Shown: positions 10,142-20,090 of the stretch, piece after piece | Layout: every line of letters begins with the position of its first letter | Numbering within the stretch: the stretch's first letter is position 1 | Position numbers and translations under genes: made by a program | Notes under the pieces: model-generated | What the model was told of the DNA's origin: nothing | The model's database searches: none | Seen by the model: the letters and a program-made list of their open reading frames with translations, nothing else | Source: Chitinophaga sp. | GTDB taxonomy: Bacteria > Bacteroidota > Bacteroidia > Chitinophagales > Chitinophagaceae | Length of the DNA: 50,374 nt | NCBI RefSeq assembly: GCF_036569125.1 | Contig: NZ_DATCRF010000365.1 | Span: forward strand, 1 to 50,374 | Direction of reading: 5' to 3'

Positions 10142-13100
10142 TTAGAATTGAAAGTTGAAACCTAACGTAAAGCTGCGCGGTGCTGCCCAGTTGTAATAAC
10201 CCTGGTCATAGCCAAAGTAGTCCACCGCTTCGGGGTCGCCACCGGAGTAGCGCGTCCAGGTCCATATGTTATTGGCGGTGCCATAAACGCGCAGCTGCTC
10301 AATACCGGCGCGCCGCATCCAGGGAGTGTTCAGGTTATAGGTGAGCGTAACGGAACGCAGCTTTATGAAAGAGCCGTCTTCCAGGAACAGCGTCTGGTCC
10401 GGCTGGTAGGCATTTACAGCGCTCCAGGGATTATACAGCGGGTACTTGTTGTAATCGCCGTCTATCTTAGACCAGTAGTTCACTTCTTTAATACCTTTTA
10501 CATCATCCAGCCCTTCGCGCTGCGCAAAATCAAAATGGTCGGCCATGGCCTGGTTGATGATCTTGCGGCCAAAAGCGTAATTGCACTGTACCTGCAGCTC
10601 CAGCTGTTTGTAACGGAAGGTATTGCTGAAATAGCCTTGTATTGCCGGCGCCTGCCGCCCTTTCATTACACGGTCAGCATCATTGATCACGTAATCGCCG
10701 TTCAGGTCTTTCCATTTGGGATCGCCTGCATGCAGGGCGGCGCCCTGGTACGTCATTTTATGGCCGTTGGATGGGTTGGTGGGAACCTCTGCATCGCTGT
10801 TATAAATACCATCGTTGATCAGCAGCCAGTAACGGTCTGTTGGTTTGCCTACCAGCAGGCGGTGGTTGCCTATCACCATATCGGTAATGCCATCCGGCAT
10901 AGCCAGCAGCTTGTTCTGATTGGTATAGGCCGAGATGCCGGTGCTCCACTGGAATTTGCTGCCGCGGATCACATCTGCATCAATGGCCACCTCATAACCG
11001 TAGTTACGGATGTCCATCCCGTTCTTAACAAGGCCGGTATACCCGGTTTCTTCCATCACGGGAATTTTCAGCAGCAGGTCGCGGTCTGTTTTGGAGTACA
11101 CATCCAGCGTAGCATGAATGCGGTCGTTCAGCAAACCTACATCCAGGCCAACATTCAGCTGCTCAACATAAGGCCATTTTAAATTGCTGGTTACATAACC
11201 GGTGCCAAAGGCCGCGTTAATGGCGGGAAAGGCGTTGTAGGTAGCTGTGTTGGGGTTGCCATCCCAGCCAATGTCCACATTATAAATGGGGCCGCCTTTG
11301 TAATACTCATCCATTAATACACGTCCCACACGGCCGTAGCTGGCTCGCAGGTTCAAAGTGCTTAGCCAGCGTGAGCCGTGCAGAAATTCTTCATTGCTGA
11401 TCTTCCAGGCTGCGGATAAGGTGGGAGAGAACAGCCAGCGGCTCTCCGATGGTACGTTCGAGCTGCCATCTTCCCGCAGGTACAGGTTCACAAAATATTT
11501 TTCCAGGTAATTATACCCTACGTTGGTGTAAAAGGATGCTACATTGCTTTGCGTATAGTCCTTATAGTTAGCCTGCAGGCGCAGGTTGCCGAATACGCCT
11601 TCCTTATTGGAGTCGTCGCCCGGTTTGTAGATCTTAATATAATCACTGCGGCCTTTATAAGCTTTGCCGTAATCATAGCGCCACTTGTCCCACTGTGCGT
11701 ATTGCCCCAGCGTTACATCTATATGGTGCTTATTTACAAAAGTATGATCGTACCGTATGGAGTTATCCAGCACCATACGCCGGCTTAAGCCGTCGAAGTT
11801 GGATACGAAGTTATTACCGTCATTGATGGTGGTGGGAATAAACAGGTCCCGGAAGTTTTGCCCATAGTCAATGCTGAAGCGGGTGTTCAGCGCCCAGTCA
11901 GCACCAAGTGTATAATGCAGGTTGGCAAGGATGCGCGCATTATTGTTCCGGTTGCGGTTCAGCCCGTCTTTCAGGTACGTGTAATACGGCTGTAAGTATT
12001 GTTTGTTGGGTGATGGCGGGTTTTCAAAGTTCACCAGGTAGTCCTCATCACCGGCTCGGTCCCGGATAAATTCATTACGGGTGCGGGTAAGCGTGGCGCC
12101 GTTAATAAAGGTGGTGAGCATGAGGTTCCTTACCGGCATCAGGTTAATACCGAAATTAATGTCGTACCGGTTCATGGCTGTATGGTCTGCCACGCCTTGT
12201 TGTGCGGTGCGGCCCAGGCTAAAGCGGAAGTTGGCCAGGCGGTTGCCGCCGCTTACAGCGGCTTGTATACCATTGCTTAAAGCATTACGGTAATAAAGGT
12301 CGTCCCAGTCTGCTGCCCCAAAGTAGCGCGCCTGTGTGGAGTCTGCCAGGTACCGCGGAAAATTGCGCCATTGCGATTCATTGGCGTATTTCTGGTAAAA
12401 AGGCATGCGGAAGTTGCGCTCATACTCGCCGTTCACCGTGTTTATCGTTGGTTTAATGGAAAGGCCTATCCAGGAATTTACCGATACCTTCATGCGCCCT
12501 GAGCGCGGGCCTTTGGTGGTGATGTTGATAATGCCGTTAGCGGCCAGGGGGCCGTATTTGGCGCTGGCTGCAAAATCTTTCAGCACTTCTATGCTGGCAA
12601 TATCATTTACATCCAGGAAAGAGAGCAGGTTGCTTTCTGTTCCCAGGCGGTTGAAATCAAAACGCTGTATGTCGTACGGGAAGGCATGTTCCGGCATCAG
12701 CGGCACCCCATCTACAATATAAGTAGGCTGTGCGTAGAACAGGTCACTGTTCTTTAGCAGTAAGGTGGAGGTACCCCTGATAAATACGCTGGTACGTTTG
12801 CCGGGTTCTGCGCTGGGTGTGCGTATATCCACCCCCGTTACCCTGCCGTTCAGCATCTGGTCAATGCTGTTGTAAGGCATTTTTCTTACCTCGTCCATAT
12901 TCACGCTGGATATGGCGCCTGCCTTGTTGTTGTAAAGGAAGAGCTCATTATTTGGTAAGTGTCCAATAGTGTCCCTGGCCTGCAGCGGTATTTTTTTTAA
13001 CCAGCTGATACTGTCTGTGGAAGACGAAATACTGCTGGTGTCTTTGCTCTTGTACACGCTTTGCGCATAACTGCCGGCAGACAGCAGTAAGCAGACAATG

Positions 13101-13147
13101 GCCCCTGCCACCCCGTTTCGTGGGATGACGTAACATTGTGTTGTCAT
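10142..13147 (-). CDS. susC: SusC/RagA TonB-dependent transporter without the N-terminal extension domain
   Basis: Plug motif SIEVLKDFAASAKYGPLAANGIINITTK, EDGSFIKLRSVTLTY, C-terminal Phe; first gene of the PUL. Confidence 0.95.
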   Translation of the reverse strand: MTTQCYVIPRNGVAGAIVCLLLSAGSYAQSVYKSKDTSSISSSTDSISWLKKIPLQARDTIGHLPNNELFLYNNKAGAISSVNMDEVRKMPYNSIDQMLNGRVTGVDIRTPSAEPGKRTSVFIRGTSTLLLKNSDLFYAQPTYIVDGVPLMPEHAFPYDIQRFDFNRLGTESNLLSFLDVNDIASIEVLKDFAASAKYGPLAANGIINITTKGPRSGRMKVSVNSWIGLSIKPTINTVNGEYERNFRMPFYQKYANESQWRNFPRYLADSTQARYFGAADWDDLYYRNALSNGIQAAVSGGNRLANFRFSLGRTAQQGVADHTAMNRYDINFGINLMPVRNLMLTTFINGATLTRTRNEFIRDRAGDEDYLVNFENPPSPNKQYLQPYYTYLKDGLNRNRNNNARILANLHYTLGADWALNTRFSIDYGQNFRDLFIPTTINDGNNFVSNFDGLSRRMVLDNSIRYDHTFVNKHHIDVTLGQYAQWDKWRYDYGKAYKGRSDYIKIYKPGDDSNKEGVFGNLRLQANYKDYTQSNVASFYTNVGYNYLEKYFVNLYLREDGSSNVPSESRWLFSPTLSAAWKISNEEFLHGSRWLSTLNLRASYGRVGRVLMDEYYKGGPIYNVDIGWDGNPNTATYNAFPAINAAFGTGYVTSNLKWPYVEQLNVGLDVGLLNDRIHATLDVYSKTDRDLLLKIPVMEETGYTGLVKNGMDIRNYGYEVAIDADVIRGSKFQWSTGISAYTNQNKLLAMPDGITDMVIGNHRLLVGKPTDRYWLLINDGIYNSDAEVPTNPSNGHKMTYQGAALHAGDPKWKDLNGDYVINDADRVMKGRQAPAIQGYFSNTFRYKQLELQVQCNYAFGRKIINQAMADHFDFAQREGLDDVKGIKEVNYWSKIDGDYNKYPLYNPWSAVNAYQPDQTLFLEDGSFIKLRSVTLTYNLNTPWMRRAGIEQLRVYGTANNIWTWTRYSGGDPEAVDYFGYDQGYYNWAAPRSFTLGFNFQF

Positions 13148-13715
13148 AAGTGAAGATTTGGCAATACAAACCCTGTGCGTAAGCTTGCGCTTACACCGGG
13201 CTTAATAATGTTGCTTTACGGAAACAGATTTAGCTACCGACCTTGTAATAGATCAATAGCGGATGTTGTAAAAGCGATGGTGGAGATGCGTACCGCTGAG
13301 GTACGGGCATACGGATAGGATGGCCATTTGCTAGTAAAGTTTGAACCTGCATGTGCTAGAATTGTGGAATTTTAAAATGTGCTTTACGGTGATAAACATT
13401 CTTATGGAAATAGGCTCTGGATCAGTTTTCAAGGCATTGTTAGTTGGGCTGATAACGCGGAATCGGGATTACACTGCTGACGTGGGCCTTTAAACGAAAT
13501 CCTACTACATACATTTAGTTCTTCAATCGGTTGTGCTCACAATTTAATTAGCTAAAACGATTTTTCATAATTTTTTTTAACAATTATTTTTCATTTTGGA
13601 TTTCGTAGTTGCTGAATAACTATTACTTATAACTCAAGACAGTTTTAATTTATTATAGCTGTATAACATTTTGAGCGATGGAACGTTTATAGAAAAATCA
13701 TCAAACCCTATCTTT

Positions 13716-14744
13716 ATGAAAACCATTTACCCGCTGGCTGTAGCGCTGGTGATCATTTCAGGCTTAACAGCCTGTTCCCATTCCGATGTACCGGAGCCCG
13801 CATTACCCTCCACACCTTCCTCCAAAGAAAAAGCTTCGATCGCTGTAATTGATTACCGGGAGGAGATGCGCAATTTTGTGATCGGCATCAGCCAGTATGC
13901 AAAAGCACAAAACCCGCAGTTTGCCATTATCCCGCAGAACGGTATCGAGCTTATTACCACCAACGGTGAAAGTAATGGAACACTGGCCCAATCGTACATC
14001 CAGGCTATTGATGGTGTAGGCCAGGAAGACCTTTTCTATGGCTACACCGATGATAATGTGCCCACACCTTCTAATGACAACCTGTACCTGCGTGAATTCC
14101 TGAACCGCATTAAGGCAAGCAAAAAGGTGCTGGTTACCGATTATTGCAGCAGCAAGACTAATATGGACAAGTCTTACAGCAGCAATAACACCAACGGCTA
14201 TACTTCTTTTGCCGCCAACCACCGGGAGCTGAATAATATTCCCGGCTACCCCGTACAACCATATGGTGTGAACTCTAATAATATTACCAGCCTGTCGCAG
14301 GCAAAAAATTTCCTTTACCTTATTAATCCTGAGAACTATTCCAGCAAGACCCAGTTCATTAATGCCGTTGCAGCTACTAATTATGACGTAGTGCTGATGG
14401 ACCTGTTCATTGGCAGCAACAATCCTTTCACTGCAGCAGAAATAGACCGGCTGAAAACCAAAGCCAACGGTGGTAAGCGCCTGGTGATCTGCTACCTGTC
14501 TATTGGCGAAGCAGAGGATTACCGTTACTACTGGCAAACAGGCTGGCGCGTGGGTAATCCACCTTTCATCAGCGCAGAAGATCCCAACTGGAAAGGCAAC
14601 TACTATGTAGAGTACTGGAATGCCGACTGGAAAAGCGTAATATTCGGTAACGACAGCTCTTACCTGAAAAAAATATTGAACAGCCATTTTGATGGCGCCT
14701 ACCTGGATATTATTGATGCTTTTGATTATTTCGAGAACCGGTAG
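13716..14744 (+). CDS. GH114/TM1410(MJ1477)-like glycoside hydrolase lipoprotein (endo-alpha-1,4-polygalactosaminidase-like)
   Basis: Lipobox LTAC after ATG at 13716; YLSIGEAEDYRYYW, FDGAYLDIIDAF, IIPQNG, DGVGQEDLFY motifs. Confidence 0.85.
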   Translation: MKTIYPLAVALVIISGLTACSHSDVPEPALPSTPSSKEKASIAVIDYREEMRNFVIGISQYAKAQNPQFAIIPQNGIELITTNGESNGTLAQSYIQAIDGVGQEDLFYGYTDDNVPTPSNDNLYLREFLNRIKASKKVLVTDYCSSKTNMDKSYSSNNTNGYTSFAANHRELNNIPGYPVQPYGVNSNNITSLSQAKNFLYLINPENYSSKTQFINAVAATNYDVVLMDLFIGSNNPFTAAEIDRLKTKANGGKRLVICYLSIGEAEDYRYYWQTGWRVGNPPFISAEDPNWKGNYYVEYWNADWKSVIFGNDSSYLKKILNSHFDGAYLDIIDAFDYFENR

Positions 14745-14822
14745 GACCGTTCATCTATTTTGCAGGTTTAACAATTAACAAAGCAGTAATTTTATTGGTA
14801 TCGCAACCAATAATCTATTGCT

Positions 14823-16673
14823 ATGAGGAAATATCCACTCACCCTGTTATTGTTATGCCTGCCCCTGCTGGTATTTTGCCAGGCCACCCAAAAACCTGTT
14901 CTGCACGGCCAGCACTGGATGGCCATTACCGGCAAGCCGCTGGCGGCAACGGCCGGCTCCATGATCTTTCAGCAGGGCGGTAACGCGGTAGATGCTGCCT
15001 GCGCCATGATAGCCGCTACCTCCACCATGTGGGATGTATTGAGCTGGGGTGGCGAAACACAGGCCCTCATCTATAATCCGAAAACAAAAAAAGTAATTGG
15101 CATTAATGCATTAGGAGTAGCGCCCACCGGTGCTACTCCTGCTTTTTATAAGCAAAAGAACATGCAGTACCCGCCGGAGTACGGACCACTATCGGCCGTA
15201 ACCCCCGGCACACCGGGCGGCATTATTACCATGCTGGCGGAGTATGGCACCAAAAGTTTGAAAGAGGTGCTGGCCCCTGCCATGGAGCTGGCCAAAGGCT
15301 ATCCCATAGAAGGGCAAACCGCCAACGCCATCCAGGAATACAAAAAGTGGATCACACAATGGCCATACTCCAAACAGGTGTTCTTCACACATCCTGACCG
15401 TGCGCGCGTAGCGCCTGATGCCGGTGAAATTTTTCGCCAGCAGGACCTGTTAGCTACTTTGCAGAAGCTGGTGGATGCGGAACAGGCAGCGCTGAAAAAG
15501 GGCCGGTCCCGCAAAGAGGCGCTGTATGCGGCCTACGACCGTTTTTATAAAGGCGATATTGCACAGGAATTTGTACGCGGCTGCCAGGAGCAGGGCGGCC
15601 TTATTACCCTGCCCGACCTGGCCAACTGGAAAGTGCATATCGAAGAGCCCATGATGGTTACCTACAAAGGCATTGAAGTGTACAAGCTTTCCCAATGGAC
15701 ACAAGGGCCGGCCTTGCTGCAGGCGCTGAACATCCTGGAAAATTTTGACCTGAAAGGCATGGGCTACAACTCCACCCGCTACATACATACCGTGTACCAG
15801 GCTATGAGCATGGCTTTTGCCGACCGGGATTTTTATTACGGTGATCCCTACTTTCCGCCGGAAGAGCCTATGAAAGGCCTGCTTTCCAAAGCATATGCAA
15901 AGGAGCGCGCCCGCAGCATTAACCAGGAGCAGAATGATACTATGATAGGCCCTGGCGATCCCTACCCCTTCGAAGGCGGTGGTAAGCAGAACCCTTATTT
16001 TAACCTGTTAAAAACCTGGGGCCATACCGCGGTGTATAAGCCGGATGAGCCCATTCATGGTTTGGATGATCCCTTCCTGCAAACATTCCTGAGCGGCACC
16101 ACCTCCGTAGAAGCCGCGGATGCGGAGGGATGGGTAGTATCTGTAACGCCCAGCGGCGGCTGGTTACCGGCCACTATTGCGGGCCACACCGGGGTAGGGA
16201 TGAGCCAGCGTATGCAAAGCTTTGTGCTGGATGAAAAGGAAAGCCCCTTTAATGTAATGGAGCCCGGCAAACATCCGAAGGTAACGCTTACGCCTACACT
16301 GGCGTTGAAAGATGGTAAGCCGTACCTGTCTTTTGCGGTGCAGGGCGGCGACAGCCAGGATCAGAACCTGCTGCAATTTTTCCTGAACGTAGTGGAGTTT
16401 GGTATGAATGTGCAGGAAGCCGTAGAAGCCGCCAACTTTAACAGCTACCAGATGTACTCCTCTTTTGGCGCGCACGAGCGCAAACCCGGCGGCTTAACCC
16501 TGCAGCAGAACACACCCTTCTGGACACGGAAAGAGTTAAAGCAATTAGGATATAAGATAGATTACCAGGAGCGTACCTCAGGCCCCATTAATGCCATTTA
16601 CTTCGACTGGCAGCACGGCAGCTTCTGGGGCGGCTCCAGCAACCACGGGGAAGATTATGGGATCGGGTGGTAG
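14823..16673 (+). CDS. ggt: Gamma-glutamyltransferase family protein
   Basis: GGNAVDAA, PGTPGG, AFADRD, catalytic Thr in SGTTSVEAAD; signal peptide. Confidence 0.9.
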   Translation: MRKYPLTLLLLCLPLLVFCQATQKPVLHGQHWMAITGKPLAATAGSMIFQQGGNAVDAACAMIAATSTMWDVLSWGGETQALIYNPKTKKVIGINALGVAPTGATPAFYKQKNMQYPPEYGPLSAVTPGTPGGIITMLAEYGTKSLKEVLAPAMELAKGYPIEGQTANAIQEYKKWITQWPYSKQVFFTHPDRARVAPDAGEIFRQQDLLATLQKLVDAEQAALKKGRSRKEALYAAYDRFYKGDIAQEFVRGCQEQGGLITLPDLANWKVHIEEPMMVTYKGIEVYKLSQWTQGPALLQALNILENFDLKGMGYNSTRYIHTVYQAMSMAFADRDFYYGDPYFPPEEPMKGLLSKAYAKERARSINQEQNDTMIGPGDPYPFEGGGKQNPYFNLLKTWGHTAVYKPDEPIHGLDDPFLQTFLSGTTSVEAADAEGWVVSVTPSGGWLPATIAGHTGVGMSQRMQSFVLDEKESPFNVMEPGKHPKVTLTPTLALKDGKPYLSFAVQGGDSQDQNLLQFFLNVVEFGMNVQEAVEAANFNSYQMYSSFGAHERKPGGLTLQQNTPFWTRKELKQLGYKIDYQERTSGPINAIYFDWQHGSFWGGSSNHGEDYGIGW

Positions 16674-16676
16674 GTG

Positions 16677-16910
16677 CTGCGCGAAGCGCAGCGGTCCATG
16701 GTCCATAGTCGATGGTCCATGGACTGCTGCATATGAATGGTTAGCGCGGTAATGTGTATTTGTCTATGGTTTGCGGACAATAGTTTACTGCATAGCTCAT
16801 GAGGCATGTTTGCGTTATGAGCAGCTAATAGCTATCTGTTAGCGTATAACCTGTTACATTAAGGTAGGCTATGGACTATAGGACCATCGACCATGGACTG
16901 CGCGAAGCGC
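16677..16910. mobile_element. MITE/REPIN-like element, copy 1 (inverted GTCCATG-type heptamer arrays)
   Basis: Left gtccatg-gtccata-gtcgatg-gtccatg (16694-16721), inverted right array 16869-16898, 13-bp direct repeat ctgcgcgaagcgc at 16677 and 16898. Interior is homologous to 41900-42100. Confidence 0.65.
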
Positions 16911-16913
16911 GCC

Positions 16914-17270
16914 TCAACAAATATTCGGAATAGTCCCCGAAAAATCACACAGCTTTTCCAGCAATGCGCATAGTTCTTCTCCCTTCTTGGTAAGCGTGTA
17001 AACCACTTTAGGAGGTACTTCCGGAAAGTGTTGCCGGTTGATGAGCGTGTTTTTTTCCAGCAGCTTTAAACGGTCTGCCAGTATATGATCCGTAATAGGC
17101 GACAGCTCTTCCTTGATACCGGAGAAACGGCTGTTGCCTTCCTCAATACAGAAAAGGATCTCCGTAAACCAGCGCCGGCTTAATAATACCAGCAGCTCAT
17201 TTAGCGTACACTTACTTTCCAGGAAAGCTTGATTCTGGTAGTTAGTTGAATTGACCTTCCTTTCAGCCAT
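16914..17270 (-). CDS. HxlR-family winged-helix transcriptional regulator
   Basis: RWFTEIL, RFSGIK, LADRLKLLE, VPPKVVYTLTKKG. Confidence 0.92.
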   Translation of the reverse strand: MAERKVNSTNYQNQAFLESKCTLNELLVLLSRRWFTEILFCIEEGNSRFSGIKEELSPITDHILADRLKLLEKNTLINRQHFPEVPPKVVYTLTKKGEELCALLEKLCDFSGTIPNIC

Positions 17271-17885
17271 AAAAAATATTTATTTAAGTAGTTACTATTT
17301 AAATAATGAGTTATTGCACAGGTAAGCTGGATATGCTTGCTTTGTAACAGTGAATTGTAGGAACGGAAACCCTGCTTTAAAACATGCTCTCTCAGATCCG
17401 GTTTGCCTTCCGTGTGTAATAGTTTGAGCAATGTAGGAGAATAGATCCAGATATCAAACGGGAATTACATAAACGGACGGCGCCCGGCTGCAGAGCACAC
17501 TATAGGACATTTTAACTGGCATACGCGTCAGCAATGGTTGCCCGGCAATTTTTGCAGCTGCGGTTTCCGCGCAATGTTTTGCAGGGAACCCGCAGCAGGC
17601 GCGGGGATCAGCAGCACACCAAACCGCCTTTAAAAAAGGGCAGTGAACATCAGGACAGGACAGTTTTTAATATTGATTGTTTTAATACCGGAGGCCCGGC
17701 GCTGCCTCTGAACAGCGCCGGTTTCCTCCCGGTATCCGTACAGGATCCGGCTGCTATAGGCTGATGGCGCCCATAACAGCTACCACTCCGCAAACCGTAT
17801 AACGGTATAGTTGTCAGCCTTTCATCCGTTCCATCTGCCGAACAAATAATAAAAAAAACTACTGCATATTCCCTATATTTACGAC

Positions 17886-18722
17886 ATGCATTATTTTACT
17901 TTTTCTCAGCGCAGCATCCGTAATATTTTAGCCGGGGGAATATTACTTTTTTCAGCTGCATCCGCTCAGGCGCAGAACGTGGAGCCCCTGCATTATACCA
18001 GCTTTCATACCGGCGCCAAACCCACTATTGATGGTAAGCTGAATGAAGCCGTATGGCAGCAGGCCGCCTGGAGCCAGGATTTTACCGATATTGAAGGCGA
18101 CAAACGCCCGCAGCCGCCCTTACGCACCCGCCTTAAAATGCTGTGGGATGATCAGTACCTGTATGTAGCCGCCGAACTGGAAGAACCGCATATCTGGGGC
18201 AAGCTGCTGCTGCATGATACCATCATTTACCACGACAACGATTTTGAATTATTTATTGATCCGGATGGGGACGGGAAAGAATATTTTGAAATAGAGGTGA
18301 ACGCCCGCAATACCATTTTTGACCTGTTTATGCCGCGCCCCTATAATGAAGGCGGCCATGCGCTTATTACCTGGGACACCAAAGGCATGAAAACAGCCAT
18401 CGGCATAAATGGCACCTTAAACAATCCTGCAGATAAAGATAAATCCTGGACCGTGGAAATGGCTATTCCTTTCAAAGCCCTGCGCCTGCTGGGTGTACCG
18501 GATGTGCCGAAAGACCGTACCGTATGGCGCATTAACTTTTCCCGCGTGGAATGGGATACGGAAATTAAAGGCGGCCAGTACGTAAAGAAAATCAATCCCG
18601 CCACCGGCAAGCCCTTACCGGAACATAACTGGGTATGGTCGCCGCAGGGTGTTGTTAACATGCATGTGCCGCAGAAATGGGGTTACTTACAATTCTCTAC
18701 CCAAGCCGTTCAAAAGCCTTAA
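17886..18722 (+). CDS. Carbohydrate-binding family 9-like (CBM9/DOMON-like) secreted protein
   Basis: IDGKLNEAVW, KMLWDDQYLY, DNDFELFIDP, WTVEMAIPF, WRINFSR, WVWSPQG..MHVPQKWG. Confidence 0.88.
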   Translation: MHYFTFSQRSIRNILAGGILLFSAASAQAQNVEPLHYTSFHTGAKPTIDGKLNEAVWQQAAWSQDFTDIEGDKRPQPPLRTRLKMLWDDQYLYVAAELEEPHIWGKLLLHDTIIYHDNDFELFIDPDGDGKEYFEIEVNARNTIFDLFMPRPYNEGGHALITWDTKGMKTAIGINGTLNNPADKDKSWTVEMAIPFKALRLLGVPDVPKDRTVWRINFSRVEWDTEIKGGQYVKKINPATGKPLPEHNWVWSPQGVVNMHVPQKWGYLQFSTQAVQKP

Positions 18723-18730
18723 ATTACAAT

Positions 18731-19810
18731 ATGGATAAGCGTAATTTTATAAAATCACTGGGCGTAGGAAGCGTAGCGTTGCTACCCGGTGTGCCTGCCC
18801 TGGCTAAAGAGGCCACTGCAGCGGCAAAGGAGGCAGCGCCCCCAAAGATAGCGCACCGCGTATGGATCAACCCTAACAAGGAAGATGCGGAAGCAGACAT
18901 ACAAAAACGTTATGCTGATTATAAAAAAGCAGGCATCAGCGATATTTACTTTGAAGACGATAGCGAAAAACATTTCCGCATCGCTAAAAAGAACGGCATT
19001 AAAGCCCACCGCTGGATCTGGACAATGAACCGCGGAGAAAAAGAGCTGCTGGCCGCCCACCCGGAATGGTATTCCCAGAACCGTAAAGGGGAGTCCTGCG
19101 CAACCAACCCGCCCTACGTGGGCTACTACCGTTGGTTATGCCCCAGCAAGCCTGAAACGCTGAACTACCTGAAACAGCAGGTGGAAAACGCACTTTCCAA
19201 AGATTATATAGATGGCATTCACCTGGATTATGTACGTTATTGCGATGTGATACTGCCCGTGAACCTGTGGAGCAAATACGGCATTGATCAATCCAAAGAA
19301 TTGCCGGAATACGATTTTTGTTATTGTGAAACCTGCCGCAACGCCTACAAAGCAGAAAAAGGCAAGGACCCGCTGGAAATGGAACACCCGGACCAAAGCC
19401 CTTCCTGGCGCAAGTTCCGGTATGACCGTATCACCAACATCGTAAACAACCTGGCCAAGGTAGCGCAGCAGCATAAGAAACCCATTACCGCCGCTGTATT
19501 TCCCACACCGGAAATAGCCAAACGCATTGTGCGCCAGGACTGGACCAACTGGCACCTGGATGCGGTGAACCCCATGATCTATCATGGCTTTTACCAGGAA
19601 GATGTAAGCTGGATCGGCGATGCCGTTGCCGAAGGCGTACGCGCGCTCAATGGCCGCTTCCCTTTATATGCCGGCCTTTTCCTCCCCGACTTTAATGGCA
19701 ATATGGACGATCTGAAACGCGGCGTAGCGTTAGCCGTGAAGAACGGCGCCGCAGGTGTATCGTTGTTTGGCGATCTTACACCGGAAGTGCTGGCGGCGAT
19801 TGCCGTGTAG
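18731..19810 (+). CDS. Glycosyl hydrolase-like 10 (DUF187) family protein with Tat-like signal
   Basis: MDKRNFIKSLG leader; WLCPS, IDGIHLDYVRY, ITAAVFP, VRQDW motifs. Start moved to the ATG at 18731. Confidence 0.85.
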   Translation: MDKRNFIKSLGVGSVALLPGVPALAKEATAAAKEAAPPKIAHRVWINPNKEDAEADIQKRYADYKKAGISDIYFEDDSEKHFRIAKKNGIKAHRWIWTMNRGEKELLAAHPEWYSQNRKGESCATNPPYVGYYRWLCPSKPETLNYLKQQVENALSKDYIDGIHLDYVRYCDVILPVNLWSKYGIDQSKELPEYDFCYCETCRNAYKAEKGKDPLEMEHPDQSPSWRKFRYDRITNIVNNLAKVAQQHKKPITAAVFPTPEIAKRIVRQDWTNWHLDAVNPMIYHGFYQEDVSWIGDAVAEGVRALNGRFPLYAGLFLPDFNGNMDDLKRGVALAVKNGAAGVSLFGDLTPEVLAAIAV

Positions 19811-20090
19811 AATTACGAATTAGTTAATTACGAATTACGAATTGGGTACTGCGTAATTAAAAGTATTTCGCTTGCCGTAATCATTATTCGTTATTCATAT
19901 CTGCACAATACCACAGTAAGGCCACATCAACCCATAAAAAAGTCCTGCACTCACTGCAGGACTTTTTAGTTTCTTATATTTTATCAACCTCACGTTATCA
20001 TCCGCTGCATTCCAATTCATTATTCCTATTCAATTACCACGTTCCTTTTCCCCACGCTCTGCCCAATTCGTAATTAACTAATTCGTAATT
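19811..20090. repeat. Intergenic element bounded by inverted AATTACG heptamer arrays
   Basis: aattacgaattagttaattacgaattacgaattggg (19811-19846) and its reverse complement, one unit shorter, at 20062-20090. Confidence 0.8.
19936..19967. terminator. Bidirectional intrinsic terminator between convergent GHL10 and GH92 genes
   Basis: aaaaaagtcctgca-ctcac-tgcaggacttttt. Confidence 0.8.

Noticed and set aside
13803-14687. 294-aa minus-strand ORF
   Set aside because: Antisense to the GH114-like gene; atypical composition.
16694-16898. Heptamer arrays as a CRISPR array
   Set aside because: Units are 7 bp, contiguous and inverted, with no spacers and no cas genes.
17201-17764. Short ORFs in the HxlR-CBM9 intergenic region
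   Set aside because: No motifs, poor initiation context, and one overlaps the HxlR gene out of frame.
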